Below, one piece after another: positions 62,322-64,000 of a DNA stretch of 64,000 nucleotides (position 1 is the stretch's first letter; every line of letters begins with the position of its first letter). The position numbers and the translations under genes were made by a program. The stretch covers positions 57,463 to 121,462 of the forward strand of contig DASXVQ010000068.1 of the NCBI GenBank assembly GCA_036504155.1. Reading direction: 5' to 3'. Below the pieces are notes generated by a model that worked only from the letters and a program-made list of their open reading frames with translations, was not told where the DNA came from and ran no database searches. Source of the stretch: Myxococcales bacterium (lineage in GTDB: Bacteria > Myxococcota > Myxococcia > Myxococcales > UBA5297).

Positions 62322-63215
62322 ATGAGCTTGGATCTGCTCAACGACCTGTTCCTGGACTTCCTGCGCTCGGAGCGCGGGCTGGCCGGCAACACGCTGGAGG
62401 CGTACTCGCGCGACATGCGTGACTACCTGGATGCGCTGGGGAAGGCGAGGGTCGGGGACCCGGACGACGTCACCTCGGAGCACGTCCAGAGGCACCTGGT
62501 CGCCCTGCACAAGCGCGGGCTCGCCCATCGCTCGCAGGCCCGGCACCTGGCGGCCATCCGCGGCTTCCACCGCTTCCTCTTGCGCGAGCGCCACGCCAAG
62601 AAGGACCCGACCGAGGACCTGGAGACGCCCCGCACCCGGCGTAAGCTCCCGATTTTCCTGACGGTCGAGGAGGTCGAGCGGCTGTTGGCGGCGCCCAAGG
62701 ACGCGACGCCGGCGGGCGAGAGGGACCGGGCCATGCTGGAGGTTCTGTACGCCACCGGCCTTCGCGTCTCGGAGCTGTGCGGGCTGACCGCCGAGGACGT
62801 GAACCTGCGCGACGGCTACCTCATCGCCAAGGGCAAGGGGAGCAAGGAGCGCGTCGTTCCGCTGGGCGACTACGCCGTGGCCTGGGTCAAACGCCACCTC
62901 GAGGGCGGCCGGGAGGCGCTGCGCAAGGGACGCAAGACGCGCCCCCTGTTCCTGGGGCCGCGCGGGACGGCCATCACGCGCCAGGGGATCTGGAAGATCA
63001 TCAAGCGATACGCGGTGGTAGCCGGCATCGACAAGCCGCTCTCGCCCCACAAGCTGCGGCACAGCTTCGCCACCCATCTGCTGGAGCGAGGGGCCGACCT
63101 GCGCGCCGTCCAGGCCATGCTCGGCCACGCGGACATCTCGACCACGCAGATCTACACGCACGTCGACCGGGCCCGCGTCCGGGCGGTCTACGACAAGGCC
63201 CACCCGCGTGCCTAA
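62322..63215 (+). CDS. xerD: site-specific tyrosine recombinase XerD
   Basis: 297 aa from ATG 62322. ...ATGLRVSEL, HKLRHSFATHLLERGADLRAVQAMLGHADISTTQIYTHV. It ends ...HPRA as E. coli XerD does. Confidence 0.88.
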   Translation: MSLDLLNDLFLDFLRSERGLAGNTLEAYSRDMRDYLDALGKARVGDPDDVTSEHVQRHLVALHKRGLAHRSQARHLAAIRGFHRFLLRERHAKKDPTEDLETPRTRRKLPIFLTVEEVERLLAAPKDATPAGERDRAMLEVLYATGLRVSELCGLTAEDVNLRDGYLIAKGKGSKERVVPLGDYAVAWVKRHLEGGREALRKGRKTRPLFLGPRGTAITRQGIWKIIKRYAVVAGIDKPLSPHKLRHSFATHLLERGADLRAVQAMLGHADISTTQIYTHVDRARVRAVYDKAHPRA

Positions 63216-63355
63216 AGCGATGTCTGACCCGGGTGGCAGAATTCGTGACCCGGCAAGGTGGACAGGCTATTTTGTGCGGTCCGCGACACACATGCGGATG
63301 ACGATCTCTGGAGGACACGCTCGGCCGCCCAGTTGAGGACGGCACGAGCCGGATC

Positions 63356-64000
63356 ATGTCGAACGAACGCAGCGAGCTGGGCGAGGCGGCCACGGAGCCG
63401 GACGCGACGGGTATGCCCGTCGCCGCGTCCGACGTCCCTGCGCACGACGCCGCGGCTGCAGCCCCGGCGCCAGCCGCCGAGGTGCCCGCTGTCGTTCCCG
63501 AACCGCCCGCTGCGGCCCCGGCGGATGCTTCGGTCGACTCGCCCGATCCAGCTGTGAACGAGGCAGCCGTCGCGGCTCCGGCGGATGCCCTGGCCGACTC
63601 GCCCGATCCAGCTGTGAACGAGGCAGCCGCCGCGGCCTCTGCCGTCTCTTCCGAACAGCCCTCCACGGCCCCGGCGGAGGCCCCGGTCGACTCGCCCGAT
63701 CCAGCTGTGGATGAGACAGCTGCCGCGGCCTCCACTGACTCTCCCGAACAGCCCGCCATGGCTCCGGCGGATGCCCCGGTCGACTCGCCCGATCCAGCTG
63801 TGGATGAGACAGCTGCCGCGGCCTCCACTGACTCTCCCGAACAGCCTGCCACGGCTCCGGCGGATGCCCCGGTCGACTCGTCCGATCCCGCTGCCGATGA
63901 GACTGCGTCCTCAGCCCCGGCTCCCGCGCCCGAACAGCCCGCGCCGGCTCTGGCGGAAGCCCCGGTCGACGAGCCCAAGCCCGCTGCGCAGGAGATTGCT
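63356..64000 (+). CDS. 5' part of an acidic Ala/Pro/Asp-rich tandem-repeat protein (runs off window; not in the supplied ORF track)
   Basis: Open frame from ATG 63356 to the window end (215 codons, no stop): MSNERSELGEAATEPDATGMPVAASD...APADAPVDSPDPAVDETAAAASTDSPEQPA.... The non-repeat 5' part has the high GC3 typical of this genome. The competing minus-strand ORF 63001..63978 overlaps xerD. Confidence 0.55.
   Translation, partial: MSNERSELGEAATEPDATGMPVAASDVPAHDAAAAAPAPAAEVPAVVPEPPAAAPADASVDSPDPAVNEAAVAAPADALADSPDPAVNEAAAAASAVSSEQPSTAPAEAPVDSPDPAVDETAAAASTDSPEQPAMAPADAPVDSPDPAVDETAAAASTDSPEQPATAPADAPVDSSDPAADETASSAPAPAPEQPAPALAEAPVDEPKPAAQEIA
63515..64000 (+). repeat. in-frame tandem repeats, period 60 then 93 bp
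   Basis: Unit starts G(C/T)(C/T)CCGGCGGA(T/G)GC at 63515, 63575, 63668, 63761 and 63854, with a degenerate unit near 63947. Units 63668-63760 and 63761-63853 are nearly identical. Confidence 0.85.

Noticed and set aside
62322-63215. Tyrosine recombinase as marker of an integrated mobile element
   Set aside because: At 297 aa, with the C-terminal HPRA and box II sequence, it matches chromosomal XerD. There is no adjacent tRNA, direct repeats, excisionase, or phage or conjugation genes.
63001-63978. 325-aa Ser/Gly/Ala-rich minus-strand ORF over the tandem repeats
   Set aside because: It is the mirror frame of the repeat region. It would overlap the 3' end of xerD by 215 nt and cross the intergenic spacer. 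The plus frame has a clean ATG after an in-frame stop and high GC3 in its non-repeat part. I keep some doubt, hence 0.55 confidence for the plus-strand call.

Overview
This is a very high-G+C (by eye about 70%) bacterial chromosomal segment, gene-dense on both strands. I assign it to Myxococcota from content. Three secreted proteins end in MYXO-CTERM-type sorting tails (Gly/Cys motif, hydrophobic helix, Arg-rich end). There are also many lipoproteins, two sigma54 enhancer-binding proteins, two PilZ domains, a Hanks-type Ser/Thr kinase and prepilin-type proteins. I can support about 58 protein-coding genes. Housekeeping anchors are a GlcD/E/F-like oxidase set, a lipid kinase, folD, holB-holA, lepA-lepB, a PBP transpeptidase, rpsP-rimM-trmD-rplS, pfk, yraN, rsmI and xerD. 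The remainder is an envelope- and secretome-heavy accessory mix: an M6 protease, GH5, a DUF4091-like hydrolase, an M48 protease, an orphan HExxH protein, outer-membrane barrels, an ABC-2 exporter and two GT-C-like giant membrane proteins. I saw no rRNA, tRNA, CRISPR array, transposase, phage gene or att-flanked integrase. Most entries in the ORF track are GC-driven shadow ORFs (Arg/Gly/Pro/Ala-rich, antisense to or out of frame with recognisable genes) and were discarded. Many true starts are internal to listed ORFs (GTG starts, 4-nt overlaps). My candidates for something new, in order: (1) an orphan, translationally coupled four-gene pseudopilin operon (33080-36837) whose last member is an oversized, Glu5-less, Cys-rich, RGD-bearing protein, with no cognate machinery in the window. 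(2) A membrane-inserted SMC-like protein with a destroyed P-loop and signature motif just downstream of the rplS operon (50552-52498). (3) A 488-bp convergent, hairpin-dense non-coding region (39907-40394) that may encode an RNA. (4) A GT-C / PilZ / outer-membrane lipoprotein module (3524-7631). (5) A PilZ-sigma54 activator fusion (31279-33054). All family calls come from motif recognition by eye; no search or computation was run, so they are hypotheses with the stated confidences.
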